From contig NC_135253.1 of assembly GCF_964204865.1 (NCBI RefSeq), positions 20,832,001-20,896,000 of the forward strand: 64,000 nt of DNA, written 5' to 3'. Source of the stretch: Styela clava. Taxonomy: Eukaryota. The position numbers and the translations under genes were made by a program. Of this stretch, positions 50,787 to 63,473 are shown one piece after another (position 1 is the stretch's first letter; every line of letters begins with the position of its first letter). The notes below the pieces were generated by a model that worked only from the letters and a program-made list of their open reading frames with translations, searched no databases and was not told the DNA's origin.

Positions 50787-53700
50787 CTGTATCAGACGAT
50801 CGCAATTTTCTACATTGCTAAAGTTTCATTTATTCGCAACGCATCATTAACAATCTTTGATAGCGAATATATAGTATACGCTTAAAAATTTATTCGACAT
50901 TTTCATTTATTCGACTTTGCGAGCCTAAAATTTTTCTATTTTGTGCTTGCATTTTAAGGTTCGAACGCGGGCATATCACCAAAGTGGAGTCCGCTCTAAA
51001 TTCTGGTCTAAGCTATAAACTATTTCATTGGGAAAAAGGATTGGAGCTTATCCAAAGGAAATTTAAACCATATCGAATCTCAAAGGAATAAACTGTTAAT
51101 ATTGCAGTAATACCACATCCGATAATAAAATTAATAAATTCCCTTGGTGAACGGCTGGGTAACATCTGACTTAGACACGAGATATCATTGTGTTTGAACG
51201 TGAGATGCCAAAATAAAAAATACTAATACAGAAAAGGTCATTGTTTCAACATTTTAGGGGTTAATTAGCTCTTTGCGACACGATACTGATAAGACATTTT
51301 TTCAATTCTCAGTGAAATTTTTCATGATGCAGAATGGCATGTATGTACACATTGACTCATATTTTGAATGGCATTTGAATATATTATTGAATTACTGATT
51401 TTTAAAACAAGAAGGAAATGCTTAAATATACTGACACGGGGGTCGAATCCAATACAAAGAGGTTATGCAAAACGTTATATAACGGGATATATCGGCACCA
51501 ATAGGATCAATAGGAAGAAAATTTAAAAAAGTAAAACAGTAGAAATAGCCTTCTAGCGACTATCATCTTCCACTATTGTAATTTGGAAATCTATTGGTCC
51601 ATTAGTTCTGGAAAAAAGCAATGTTTTCGTAACAACAACAAACTAAAAGAAACGACCCATAGGTGCATTTCGTGCCCATTAGCCTAAATCGTGCGTGCTG
51701 AATTAATCTAATGGGAATTCAGACGTGAAGCCATTACAATGAAATATATTTGAACTTTATATTGTAGAAGTACTCCACCCTGAAGAAGTATGCCCGCGTA
51801 ACATGAAAATGTTTTAAATTCAACATTTTTATGTGTTAGTTTGCCTTTAAATTCTTTCATTTTCCTGGGCGCTTATCGCAGAATTTCATAACAGTATATT
51901 TACTCATATTGAACAGTTGAAAGTCATGACAATGATGTTTTTGAATATATTATCGAACTACTTGTTTCAATCACAACAAGGCAAAGCTTAAATATATAAA
52001 AACAAAGATCAAAATAAATTTATAAAAGCGTCCAACTTATAAAATAATTTTAAAAAGTGTTACCAGGAAATGAAAGAAAACAGCTGAATGTCGGGTGAAA
52101 TATAGAGTTACGTAGAATTCAACGAAAATTGAAAGTGAAATGAAATAAAACTAATGAGCGACTTACTACATAAACACGATTGGTTCATTAGTTCCGTAGA
52201 AAAGCAACGTTTTCGCAACAACAAATTGAAAAAAAGAAGATCAATAGGAGAATTTCGTGTCCACTGGCATAAATCGTGCGTGCTGAATCAATTGAGTGGG
52301 AATGTATATCAATCAAACGGGAATTCAAACGTAAAGCACGTTTATTGATAATTTCAAAGATGAAAGACATTACAATGGAATGTAATTAATCTTTTAATTG
52401 GAGAGCTGTTGTGAGTGTTATTAAATAGAAATAATGTAAAAATTTGAAGATAATTCATATTCACTTTTAGTAAACGGCAGTAGAAATTTAGTAAAATAAT
52501 ATATTTCTGCATAAGACAAATAGAAGGTCAAATTTTTCTTCCATTAGTAGACATTTCTTAAGCACTATTATTTTCGTTTTTACATTATTTGCTTTCGCAA
52601 TAAAATTTAATATAATATTGGAATCTAAGATCGTTAACCTGCGTCATCGATACGTTTCCTTATTAATATTAGTCATATACGAATAAATCATAAGCATCTA
52701 TCGCTATCACACTTTTGATTAAATATGCAAATGAATAACACCAAAGAATATTCAAAGAATGTAGACTTTGGCGCAAATAAATTAAGACTAGTTTTTTATT
52801 TTGAAATTTAAAATAGATAATATTTTGCGAATTTTAGTTTTTTTGTATCTTCTTCTGGCAATTTTGAGCAACGGTATTTATTTTTTAGAATTCAAAGCTC
52901 AGTCGCCGACACCTTGTATAATTTTATATGATTTTCTGAATTATCAATAGGCAGCCGTCACTCAATTGCAACTAGTTTTGTTCAAATATTCGCCATCCAA
53001 ATTTAACGTTGGGTATAACAAGCAAGTCGAGAAGAAATCGTTGTTCGCTTGAGCTAATTCAAAGTTACTTCAATCGTGGATATAATCACTGGTGGTATTT
53101 ACAGGCTTTTCCATTGGAATCGTCTCATGGGATGGTATGGCACAGGTATAATACGCTATGAGATGGAACAGAAAAATATGTCTAATGTACAAATCTGCCA
53201 ATTATATTATATTACTGACCAGATGATCGATTGCATATGCGGGTAAAATATCATATTGTTATTCCATTTTTCCACTTTGTCATACATCAATAGTGTACGT
53301 CTAACACATTTGGATCGAACAAGCCTGGATATTCAGGAGGACTGCGTTCTTGAGAAGTGTCACGAAAACCAGAAACTTGTTATTTTGTTATGTATTAGAT
53401 TTTTGTGAAGCATGTCATGTTTTAGATCACGTAGTGACAAACATACATTTTCTGAAATGAGAGAGCTGGATTTTAGTGAGTTCAATACAAAAATAAAAAA
53501 ATGTTCTTAGTATTTTTAATTCCACCATTGCATATAGCAGGGGTACACAACACAAGGCACGCGTACCTAATGTGGCACGTTATTAGATTAAACGTGGCAC
53601 GCGAACAACTTGGTAAAAATAATATTTGTGTTTATAATGAATCCTAATAATTCACGTTTATATCGAAATAAACTTAAATTACTTATTCACACATTGCTAG

Positions 53701-54605
53701 TTAGTCGTCTTGTTATCAAAAGTAATTATGTGTTTTTTGGAAGTTTGTTTACAATACCAACAATTATAAGAACGTGGCGTGGCGCGCAACATGAATGATG
53801 ATACATTTTCTGAAATGAGGAAGCTTGATTTTAGTGGGTTCGATAAAAAAAATTCCTAAAATTTTAAATTCCACCATTGCATATTCTCCAATTTATATTT
53901 TCCAATAAACCTAAGTTCAGCGAACTGTCTATAGAAAATTTTATCACACACAGACAGACACAAACACGCAAAGTTCATCCTATAAGGTATTATCCACTTA
54001 TAATGTATTGCTCGACACATCTATAAATATCATGATATTTGGATGCAAAATAGCACGGTTTGGTAGATGGTGATAGACGCGGCTTTGCCATTTTAGGCTC
54101 GGAATGTTGTACATAGCAAAGATAAAATCAAAATATCAAAGGGATTTTTCTTAAGCATTTCAAGCTATATTAATTTCAACGATAGTTCTAGACTCTAGAG
54201 CAGTGGTTCACAAACGGTAGAGCGCGCACCACAAAATATGGCGTAGACCAGGGTGGTCCTAGATTGGCAGCTCCGCGGGCCATTTAAATAGAAACTTTTG
54301 AAAGCCCTGGACAGTACCGACGTTACCCGATATGGTTCCGCGGAACGCAGCTTGGAAATCTCTCTTCAAAACGGTCACTTAATGCCCAAACCTAATCACA
54401 CACAAATGGACAATCTGATATCTCGACGAAACGGTAACTCAAAGAAAAAAAGAATTAAACTATTTGTATAAAATGAAACATGGGCAATGAAAAAGCACTC
54501 GCAGTAATGTAGCCTCAAATAATAGTACCCAAGCACCAATAATAATGTGGCGAGATTATAATGATACAATAATTGGGTGCGTTCGGAGCATGACAAAGTT
54601 ATTGC

Positions 54606-54819
54606 GGTACTCCCGTTGTGTGTGTACCAGGTTAGGGCTTAGGCCATAAATTTATTCCGATTTTCCTAATTTTACTTCTGTTACGAGTTCGGAGACTGTC
54701 TGCATTGGCCAAGTAAAGATACCCCATGTCTATAGGTTTTAATCCCTTTACACAATTTGATGCAAAGTAGGCGAAAAAATTAGTTACCTCCATATTGGTA
54801 CACATGCTTCTGGAACGGC
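54606..54819 (-). mobile_element. Family A element
   Basis: Reverse-complement copy. Confidence 0.85.
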
Positions 54820-55633
54820 GTTAGTTTCTCTCTATTTCACGAATGGCACGATTTACTATTCACTTTACCATTTTGGAGAATCGCCAACACGCAGCGAATT
54901 TACCGCATTCGGATATGATAAATAACCGCAATTTTCAAAAGTTGCAGCTGTGCTTGTTGCTATCTCTCAAATTGTGTTTTTGTTTTATTGACCTTATGTC
55001 ATTACTGTATGATAATTTGCCCTTTTGTCATTTTTATTTGTTGGATTATTATTAATTTTAACTGGTGCGGTTTTGTGCGGTTCCAGGGCAATAATATTCT
55101 TCGATGAATGTTTAAATGCTTTTCCTGTGATGAGGATTTATTCTTTGACAAGTTTATAACAAAAAATATCAGATTTGTTAACAAGTTGATAATGTTTACA
55201 TGGAATATTTCATTATCTGCTCATAACATTTCTTCTGGTAAGCTTTGAATTGCTCGATGCTATCTTTAGAATTTCGTTTCTGATTTATATGACTTCTATC
55301 AAATAAATGCAGAGGCGCATTTTTTCTATCAAATATTCCAAATCAACAATTTTAGTTTAATTGATTTATTTTGACACGCAAGTCTACCCGTCCTTCACAA
55401 TGCTTCACGGACTCTCATAAAAAATACCGCGTTGCTTTTTGTTTCACATTTGCCATATTTGCCCAAAACTCATCTTCATGTAGGCAGTATTAAAGTTAGT
55501 CTGGAAGCGACTGCCGTTTGTCTCATGGAAAAATATTTTAGTAGATGGATATTGGTCTTCGTTATTTCCGTGTGTGACGGGCGCTGACCGTAGTTATGAA
55601 CCTGAATCTTTATCGCCGTGTGTCACTTTGAAT

Positions 55634-55917
55634 CAGTGGTTCTCAAACGGTGATGCGCGGCCCACAAGGGGGGAGTAGACAAATATTTGAGGGGGCGTGG
55701 AGCTAATTAAATATTAAAATATATTTTAGATTTGATATTGTCCGCCTTATTTCGGATATTTACGTTTCATCTACTTACGTTTCCACATGTTTTTTGAACA
55801 AATCTTACTTTAGCCTTACCATCTGCTATTTGTAGCTTATTGTTAACTAGTTTTTTTTGAGGTGGGCGCAAAATGAATCTATATTCTCGCGCGGCTTGAA
55901 AAGTTTGAAAACCACTA
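55634..55917 (+). mobile_element. hAT-type MITE, family E
   Basis: cagtggttctcaaac / gtttgaaaaccacta TIRs; colinear with the 41789 copy. Confidence 0.75.
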
Positions 55918-56047
55918 CCATAGACGATTGTGGGGTTGTGGTTTAGGATCAAACTACGATTTTATCTATAAATACAATACTGTTAAAAACTCCAATTTTT
56001 CCTTTTTCCATACATATAGATTATTTCGACTATCATTTTTTTATGGA

Positions 56048-57215
56048 TAAAATATTTCAGATTTATAAGTGAATAATTCAAAATATTTTCTAAAATTCCT
56101 GTGTATGAACATATCCCTATCTATCCAAAATAAATTGACAAATGGCCTCGTAACATAAAAGATTGTAATGATGGGTCGAAAATATAGTTAACTTCGAAAT
56201 AGAGACTACATTTAATTGTACATACAATTTCGCAATTACCAAAGCGCTTTCCCCCCGCTTTTGTGTAATATATAAAAAGTTGTTTTCAGTTACATTATCG
56301 TAGCCCGTAGCCTATAATGTGATATATGTAATCTAATCTTAGATAAAGTAGATAATGATAGTGCTACATATCATATATTAAAGTACCTAATTTGTCATAT
56401 CATGTCTCACATGAACAATTTATGCGGCGGAAATATGAACCGGTAATATTTCGCTAGTCGCTACCACAAAAATTCAAACCAGCGAATGATACTATGATTA
56501 CAGATATAGTACCACACTGCAAACCCTTGTTTACCGATCGTGTTGGTGCGAACTATCGTATATTTATACAGGTAAAATATTTCATATTTATAAGTAAATA
56601 ATACATTTTTTTTTTAAATTTCTGTGTATGAACATATTCTTATACCATTCGAAATATATGATGCTTAATGTTCAGGTCTCGTAACATAAAATCTTATAAT
56701 GGTCGGTCGAAAATGTAGTTTACTTCAAAGCAAAATCTGGTGCTCACGAAGTATGTGCACCAAGATGGCGCTACCTGAACCCCAACCTGGAACACATACA
56801 ATGTTCAGGTTGTGCGCCATCTTCGTGCACATACTTCTGGAGGTCCCTAAAAACTTTCTTAAATTGTTCATTCATTTTTCCAATTGCCAAAACGCTAGTT
56901 TCTCCTCGCTTATGTAGAACCTTGTCAAAACCCTAGTTTTCAGTTACATTGGCGCCATACTCCCAGGCAATTCTTCAATTCTTCGAGGCCTATAAGATAA
57001 TAAACACAATCTAATCTCAGATAAGGTAGATAATGATAAAGTTACGTATCATATATTAAAGTACTTGCATTTATCATATCATGTCTCACATGAACAATTT
57101 ATGCGGCGGAAATATGAACCGGTAATATTTCGCTAGTCGCTACCACAAAAATTCAAGAATGATACTATGATTACAGAAACAGTACCATACTGTTCACTTC
57201 TGTGTTGGCGCAAAC
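56048..57215. repeat. Tandem duplication (about 520-bp unit; second copy carries a MITE)
   Basis: 56048-56555 aligns with 56572-57215. Confidence 0.88.
56739..56847. mobile_element. Family B MITE (short form)
   Basis: Palindromic; absent from the paralogous duplicated segment near 56200 (empty site). Confidence 0.85.
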
Positions 57216-58234
57216 TACTTAAAGCGCGCAATACCACACTATTATAGGAAATCAAATGGATCTACGGATCGTTTTGTTATTATGTTGTTGTTGTTGTTGT
57301 TCTTGTATTTCGACCAAGGCTCTTCACCCTCTTGATGTGCGAAAGTAGAATTTTTTTTGACGGTACCGGAGATGTAAAAGGTAAAGGAGAACACTGCCTC
57401 AATTTAGTCTTTGTGTCTATGTATTTGAGCATCGCTTTTTTATAGTGTCAGGAGCTTTACCGTTCGTAACTTCGCTCAGGAATCATAAGCTTTACTTCCA
57501 GGTTGAGTTTTCGTCACCTTGCTCCGAGAAAATATTATTAAGAAATTTGTCACTACTCAGCATCAGCTGTCCTACTGAGCAATGCAGTTACCAAGTATTG
57601 ATTGTATTTAACAACATTTGGAAATATATGCAACCAATATTTGTTAGGTTTTGAAATATTTGGATGTCCTTTTAAGGCATAAAGAGAATATAAATTCAGT
57701 TTTACTATATTCATTCAAAACTAACTACACAAATGTATGCAAAGACGCGTGAATCTAATTCTCTTTGTTGTTGTTTTCAATCCGTTTCAAGGTCAAGCTA
57801 ATGCCTAACGGACAAATAGGAGTTTTTGATATAAATTCATTCATCAAATTGAAATTTTATTCTACATGCTCACAATGATTTTTATTTTATCACTAACAAG
57901 AAACGTCTGGAATAAAACTTCTGTAATATAGTGGCCTTTGACCCGTGTCCGTTCATGACTGAAGGTGACTTTTAGGTCCTGTGTACTTATCACCTGTACG
58001 GTGGTATATATATACATTAACTGTTACTGCGTGCATTAGCTGTTTTAGGTTTATCTATCGGGAATGTGTTCTGTTTGGAATGTGATTGAAGTTTGCAATA
58101 GCAATATTGGTAATGGGGCGTACATACACACCACCTTACCACATTGTGTTTGAATAATTTCATTAGTTGTTTTACTGATACACGTTTGTTATTTTAGGAC
58201 ACCCCTAAAGTTCGGAACGGAATTCACCTTTTTT

Positions 58235-58765
58235 AATTGACTAATTATACAAAGGAAGTCTAACACGAAACCTATCTTAATTACAGACAGCTAATTAGAA
58301 ACAAAACAAACACGTGTTTATTTTTCGTTTGTTTGCTTTCTCATCATTGAGAAAATTTGATAATTGTTGAATTCGTTTGCCCTGAATTTTCTTCCGATAC
58401 AGATTTATGCCATTTACCAAACTATGTATCAAGTTTAATTAAAAAAAAAAAATTCCCGTGTGACACAAACTGTAATTTGCCCCAAAAGAAACTTTCTTTT
58501 TTTGAGTAAAATATTCTGTAATTAGCCCAAGTACATTGAAAAAAAAATTTCAAGATTTTTGCTTCGAAAATATCAACCTTTGGCTGAGAAATTTTTTTTT
58601 GGATGGAACAAGATAACGTAAATTGTAAAAAAGTGACTAATTATACAAAGTAAGTCTAGCCCGAAAAGTATCTTAATTATATAGACAGTTAATTAGAAAC
58701 AAAACAAACAAATGTTGGGTAATTTTCGCCTTTATTTGCTTTTTTATTATTACGAAAAATTGAAT
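58235..58765. repeat. Direct repeat, about 120 bp x2
   Basis: tgactaattatacaaag.aagtcta ... taattagaaacaaaacaaaca at about 58240 and 58634. Confidence 0.8.
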
Positions 58766-60106
58766 GAAAACTTTGTGAGCTTTCTTTAATCTCAAAGTTT
58801 ATTTCAATATGTAAGTATGGTAGTTACTAACTCATGTCAATAAATAAACCTTGAATAATTAAATCTTTCAATGTCACATACTGTACTTTGCAAAAAAGAA
58901 AATTCCATTTGGTTGAAAATAGGACATATTTGTTGAAGCATGTTGTTTTGTTCACATTACGGCTATTACTTTACAGTTAATATTATTGACACAAAGGGTG
59001 AGCGAAGTTTTCCCAGACTATCTGGGAAACAAATAACGTCGTTTAGTTAATTTGCGGATTAAAACTTTAAAATAAAAGACTGACTCATATAAGTGATTTC
59101 TTTCAAACAAGAGACCGACGTGATGGAGGGCCAACTTTAACGTCGCGGACGGTCATAATACCATCAGAAACTAGTATGAGCAATTACATATAAGGTCAGA
59201 TTTTGCAAACGACCGTGTATCGGAAGTACTAAAATGAAAAATAATTCGCCATGGCTCATTATCAAGAAACTTGAACAAATAATGGAGAATGTTATTGAAT
59301 ATTGGAAATTCTTTTCTTGTTTCGAAATTGTAGGATTAGCTCAAATGCGGCATGAGAACACAGTTAATAAAAAGTAGATTCAAAGCGTTACAAAACGTAA
59401 TTTTAAACATTTCGTAGAAATTGTTTTAAATTCACCGTATTTCCAACTTCAACTTTCTTAAAGTATTTCAGCAAAACATTGGGGTCTCAAACTTTCTTAA
59501 ACCAGGCCAAACTACACATATCAACGTATGCGCAGACAGACTTTTGTTTAATTTTTTGAAGTTATTTTTTCCAGTCTTAGTTATACTTCATATGTGGCAT
59601 AAGAACACGGTCCGTCAAAGATCACGATCTTATAGAAACAACATATAATAGATACAATGGATCCAAACGACAAAATAGGAATTACTTATTCAAATCACTC
59701 TCGGGGTTTATTACTAAACCCTCTTCACACCTAATTGCACAGTTAGTCAATGATGCGATTTTATGAAAACATTTATATATAACTTTCAAAAACCCAAACG
59801 TTCCTAAGCGGGCCTAGTTATAGCCGTCGCTGTATACACAGACAGAAGGAAGTGTTGTAAATCCGCATAACTGCGGTAAAATAACAATTTGTTCAATTAT
59901 CAGATTAACAGACCGATAATGGTAATTGATACATAATCAACATAAAACAGTGAAGTCTAGACACTTTCTATCTCAAATATGGGAGAGAAAAATTAAAATT
60001 CTTCAGAAGCAAGTGTGGTAGCTGAAATAACCAGGCGGTGGAAAAGGAATTAAAATGCATTATTTGGTTTTCTAGGATAAGGACACTTTTATGAACAACG
60101 CGAATC

Positions 60107-60331
60107 GGCGTTCCCGTAGTATGTGAACCAAGATGGCAGACACAGGAACGTGGTACGTGTACCAGGTTAGGGTTAGGCCCTAATTTTCGTTATTTTAGTC
60201 TTAATACGAGTTCAGAGACTAGCAAAGTGACCCCCGTAGTATTTGTACCTGGAATTATGACCTAACCCCAACTTGGTACACATGCTACTTGCCGGTGTCC
60301 GCCATCTTGGTTCACATACTACGGGAGTACT
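60107..60331. mobile_element. Family B MITE (long form)
   Basis: About 70-bp TIRs; TSD cgcgaatc / cacgaatg (6/8). Confidence 0.88.
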
Positions 60332-61939
60332 CACGAATGCTATAAAGACATACTCAATCAGAGCAATACAAAATGAATGATGTTTCGTAGCTTGATTGCT
60401 ATTTCCTCAGAATAAAAACTCGTTTACAACTGAACTCCGTTCATTGAGAACAGCAGATTAATTTAACATACGAATAAATGAGATGCGCCGCAACAATTAG
60501 GAGTTGTCGCGCTACCCATCATTAAAGTAATCACATTATGTCACAATACATAAAAAACTTTTAATGTCTTTTGAATATTTAGTTTGATGGGGTTGAGTCT
60601 TATTTTATTGATTTACATTAAAAGTAACGCCAGTTTATTGTGCTAATATTCATGTATCAGGGACTGTCTGTTACGTTCAAAGCAAAAATAAAGAAAAAAA
60701 ACGAAAAAAGTGAAACCAATATTACGCGGTTTTATTTTTCGCAACGCTTCGATATATAAACGAGATTTTAAAAAATCTAAAAAAACACTAGGTCGGTTTT
60801 ATAATCGCCCTCTGTAATAATCTTCATTAACAGCATTTCTTCCTCTACTTTGTTTTTGGGCATTGGAGAACTAGATATAGCCCGTGGCCCCCTTCCAAAA
60901 GCTTTTAGCACTCGTGGCTCCCTTGTTTATCATTTCAGGGGCATTAATAGTGTTATTTTCAATGGTAGAATCTAAATCCCAGTATGTTCACAATACATGC
61001 TCAACAAAGGGATGACACCCTGTGAAATAACCTCATCGGGCAATGAATGAAACAAGGGAAAACACAGTATTCTTGTAAAGGGAAAAGAATCAGTTTTGCG
61101 CTTAGCATGTTGGTTCCCTACAACTGCCTTGTGGCCCTCTTGGTGGGCGACGGGACCCCAGTTAGGAACCGCTCTTGTAGAGTTTACTAACAACTGCGCT
61201 AGACCGTCCATCGCCCATACAGCACTGGAAGTACCATTCCAAGACAAAAGTCGCCTGAGAAATATAGAAACCACCAAGATATAAATAAATCAAAACATAC
61301 TTTGATATCACCACTTTATTTATATATTGAAAGAATCACTTGGAACAATTTAAATAAAAAGAAATTTACGCTTATTGTAAGGTTTATAATAGGAATTATG
61401 TAGTAGGCTAAGTCGTAAATTTCATTTTATAATAGGTCTAATTAAGGTAAACGAAACTGTTCATTTGGTACCACAGCAAGAAGAAAAAGTACGTACGTTA
61501 ACACCTTTCCGTGAAGAAAAAATCTTCTAGGATTTGGTTATAGAAATATTTTGAAATATTGCACGCACTAAATAAAAGTATCTAGGAAATAATATAGAAC
61601 AGAAAGAAGAAAATAAAACAGATTTGGAACTATCAAAGCATTTAAGAAACTTTATATTGTGTAAAATTTATGACGTCATATCGCTTATGACATCATCAAA
61701 ATTTCAACCATAGTTGTTATGTACATATATGCTATTTTTATACCAATGTTATCATTATTAATTAACTGCTTAATTTTACACAATAACAATAAATTTAAAC
61801 AAATTTTAGTTCACTTCCTATAAAGCAAAATGCACAATGCACATGAATAAATTAACAATTACAAATTATGACGTCGTATTTGTACGTAAGAATAATATAG
61901 TCGACGTCTTTGGCAAAGTATGCATAGAAGTCACAATAC

Positions 61940-62409
61940 CTATACATCGAAATGATTGTCATAAAGGCTATGTCTGTTGTCCTTCACAGGTATTCGTGAA
62001 TCGAGAGAAAGTGGAAACTTGGGGTCTGGTGTTGAATCTTTTACTTTAGATTCTGTGTCCGTCATGTTTTTATTTTCAGTATTTCCACTGCTGGTTTTGC
62101 AGACAACGTCATCTCCCCTATTATTATTGCTACTTTCGTTCTGAGAAGGTTTACTTGAAATCTCGCAGCTCGTCATTGCGTCGTTGTATATCGTAGACGA
62201 AGTTACTGTTCTTTTTATATTGGTACTATAAGTACATTTTCGTCTTGTAATCGCTATATTTTCTCCAAGAAAAAATAAGCACGCTGACACAATTTGTATT
62301 ACGTGCATGAGAGCGTTATGGTTGAATGAATCCGGTAGAGGGCATCCGAGCTCACTATAAGCATTGTCCGAATCAGCGCATTTCGATTTCAAAAAGTGAT
62401 TGGTTGCCC
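61940..62409 (-). CDS. Gene 2 (paralog of gene 1), last coding exon
   Basis: Minus-strand ttatattttag|GG, phase 1, at the same intron position as in gene 1; GATNHFLKSKCADSD...GCPLPDSFNHNALMHVIQIVSACLFF...SLYDNHFDV-TAG. Confidence 0.93.
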
Positions 62410-62714
62410 CTAAAATATAAATTAATATGATAAGTTTGCAATGCACAAACAAAATTGTAAACACTAAAGCAACTTAGTCAGTATTGACATCTGTTGTTGC
62501 ATGGTGAGATTATTTTTATTTTATGAGAAGCTCATTCACGCCTTTTTATTCAAACTAGGCCCTTTGCGAAGAGACACTGGCATCTGACTATATGTACGGA
62601 CCTACTATGAAATACTGATGCTACAAATACTAATACCAAGTTGCAAGCGTAGTATTGTCCAAGAAAAGCAATTTTCTCTTCAATAGTGACAAATTGAACA
62701 AAAACTACTGAGTG

Positions 62715-63090
62715 AAGCAATGCATTTCTTCTATATAAGTCTTTTTTGCTATTTGATTGATCATTTAAAAATAGCAATGCTTTGTTGCTATGGGAATGGC
62801 AAATGATAATTACCTAAAAAGGTCACAATATGCGTGTTTTGACAGTTTATTCTAGTCCTGTTTATCATTTGATAGAACATTAAAAAATTAGCAATGGTCG
62901 TTTGCTATTGAAATGGTGATTATTGATTACTTAAAATGATCACAATGTGCATGCATTGACAATTTATTTGAGTTCTTTTTAGCATTTGATAAACATTTTA
63001 TAATAGCAATGCTGTTTTGGTGTTAAAACGCTATCATTCATCACTTTGATAAGGTCACAGTGTGCGTATTTGACAATTTATTCAAAGTCA
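62715..63090. repeat. Degenerate tandem repeat (about 117-bp period) in the last intron of gene 2
   Basis: tagcaatg...tcaca.tgtgc...tgaca.tttatt recurring near 62772, 62889 and 63004. Confidence 0.7.
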
Positions 63091-63341
63091 TAAATGTCAT
63101 ATTGCGTCTCCATTTTGAAGAAATTACTATACCCCGCATGTAGTATTTATATTTCAGAGTACGTATTCCTGTTAAAACTTGACGTAAAACGTTTTCAATA
63201 AATAGGGCATCGTTCAAGTTAATTCAATCCGACTTACGGTTTGCATAATTAGTCCTCCATCAAAAATATATTTTTTTTTGTGAGTATATTCGTTTAGGAG
63301 TATATTAAGATACCAAAAATGAGATTTTATATGAAATTTAC

Positions 63342-63473
63342 CTGCAATGACAAAAGTCCATGGAGCTATGCACTTCACAGCTAATTCAAATCTTCTGTAC
63401 GTGATGTCATCCTCTTCGGCGTAACCGGATATAACGTTGCAACAAGAAAATTTACTTTCTTTTGAATTGTTTT
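63342..63473 (-). CDS. Gene 2 penultimate coding exon (upstream exons not identified inside the window)
   Basis: Minus-strand ctttgctttag|AA ... GCAG|gtaaat; 132 nt, phase 1-1; NNSKESKFSCCNVISGYAEEDDITYRRFELAVKCIAPWTFVIA, which matches gene 1 RRRLELFAMTLAPWVFIVA. Confidence 0.9.

Larger units (their letters stand above)
46200..52385. repeat. About 3-kb non-coding tandem segmental duplication (copy A about 46200-49000, copy B about 49374-51760, partial copy C about 51880-52385)
   Basis: Colinear anchors: taattagatgtcagcagattgcgtttaacaca (46214/49388), aagaaacaatcgacccgtagcaccagaagtg (46621/49459), aatgatgtagagtcggatcct (about 47495/47863/50337), ttttaggggttaattagctctttgcgaca (48254/51252), gtgcgtgctgaat (three copies). 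Confidence 0.9.
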
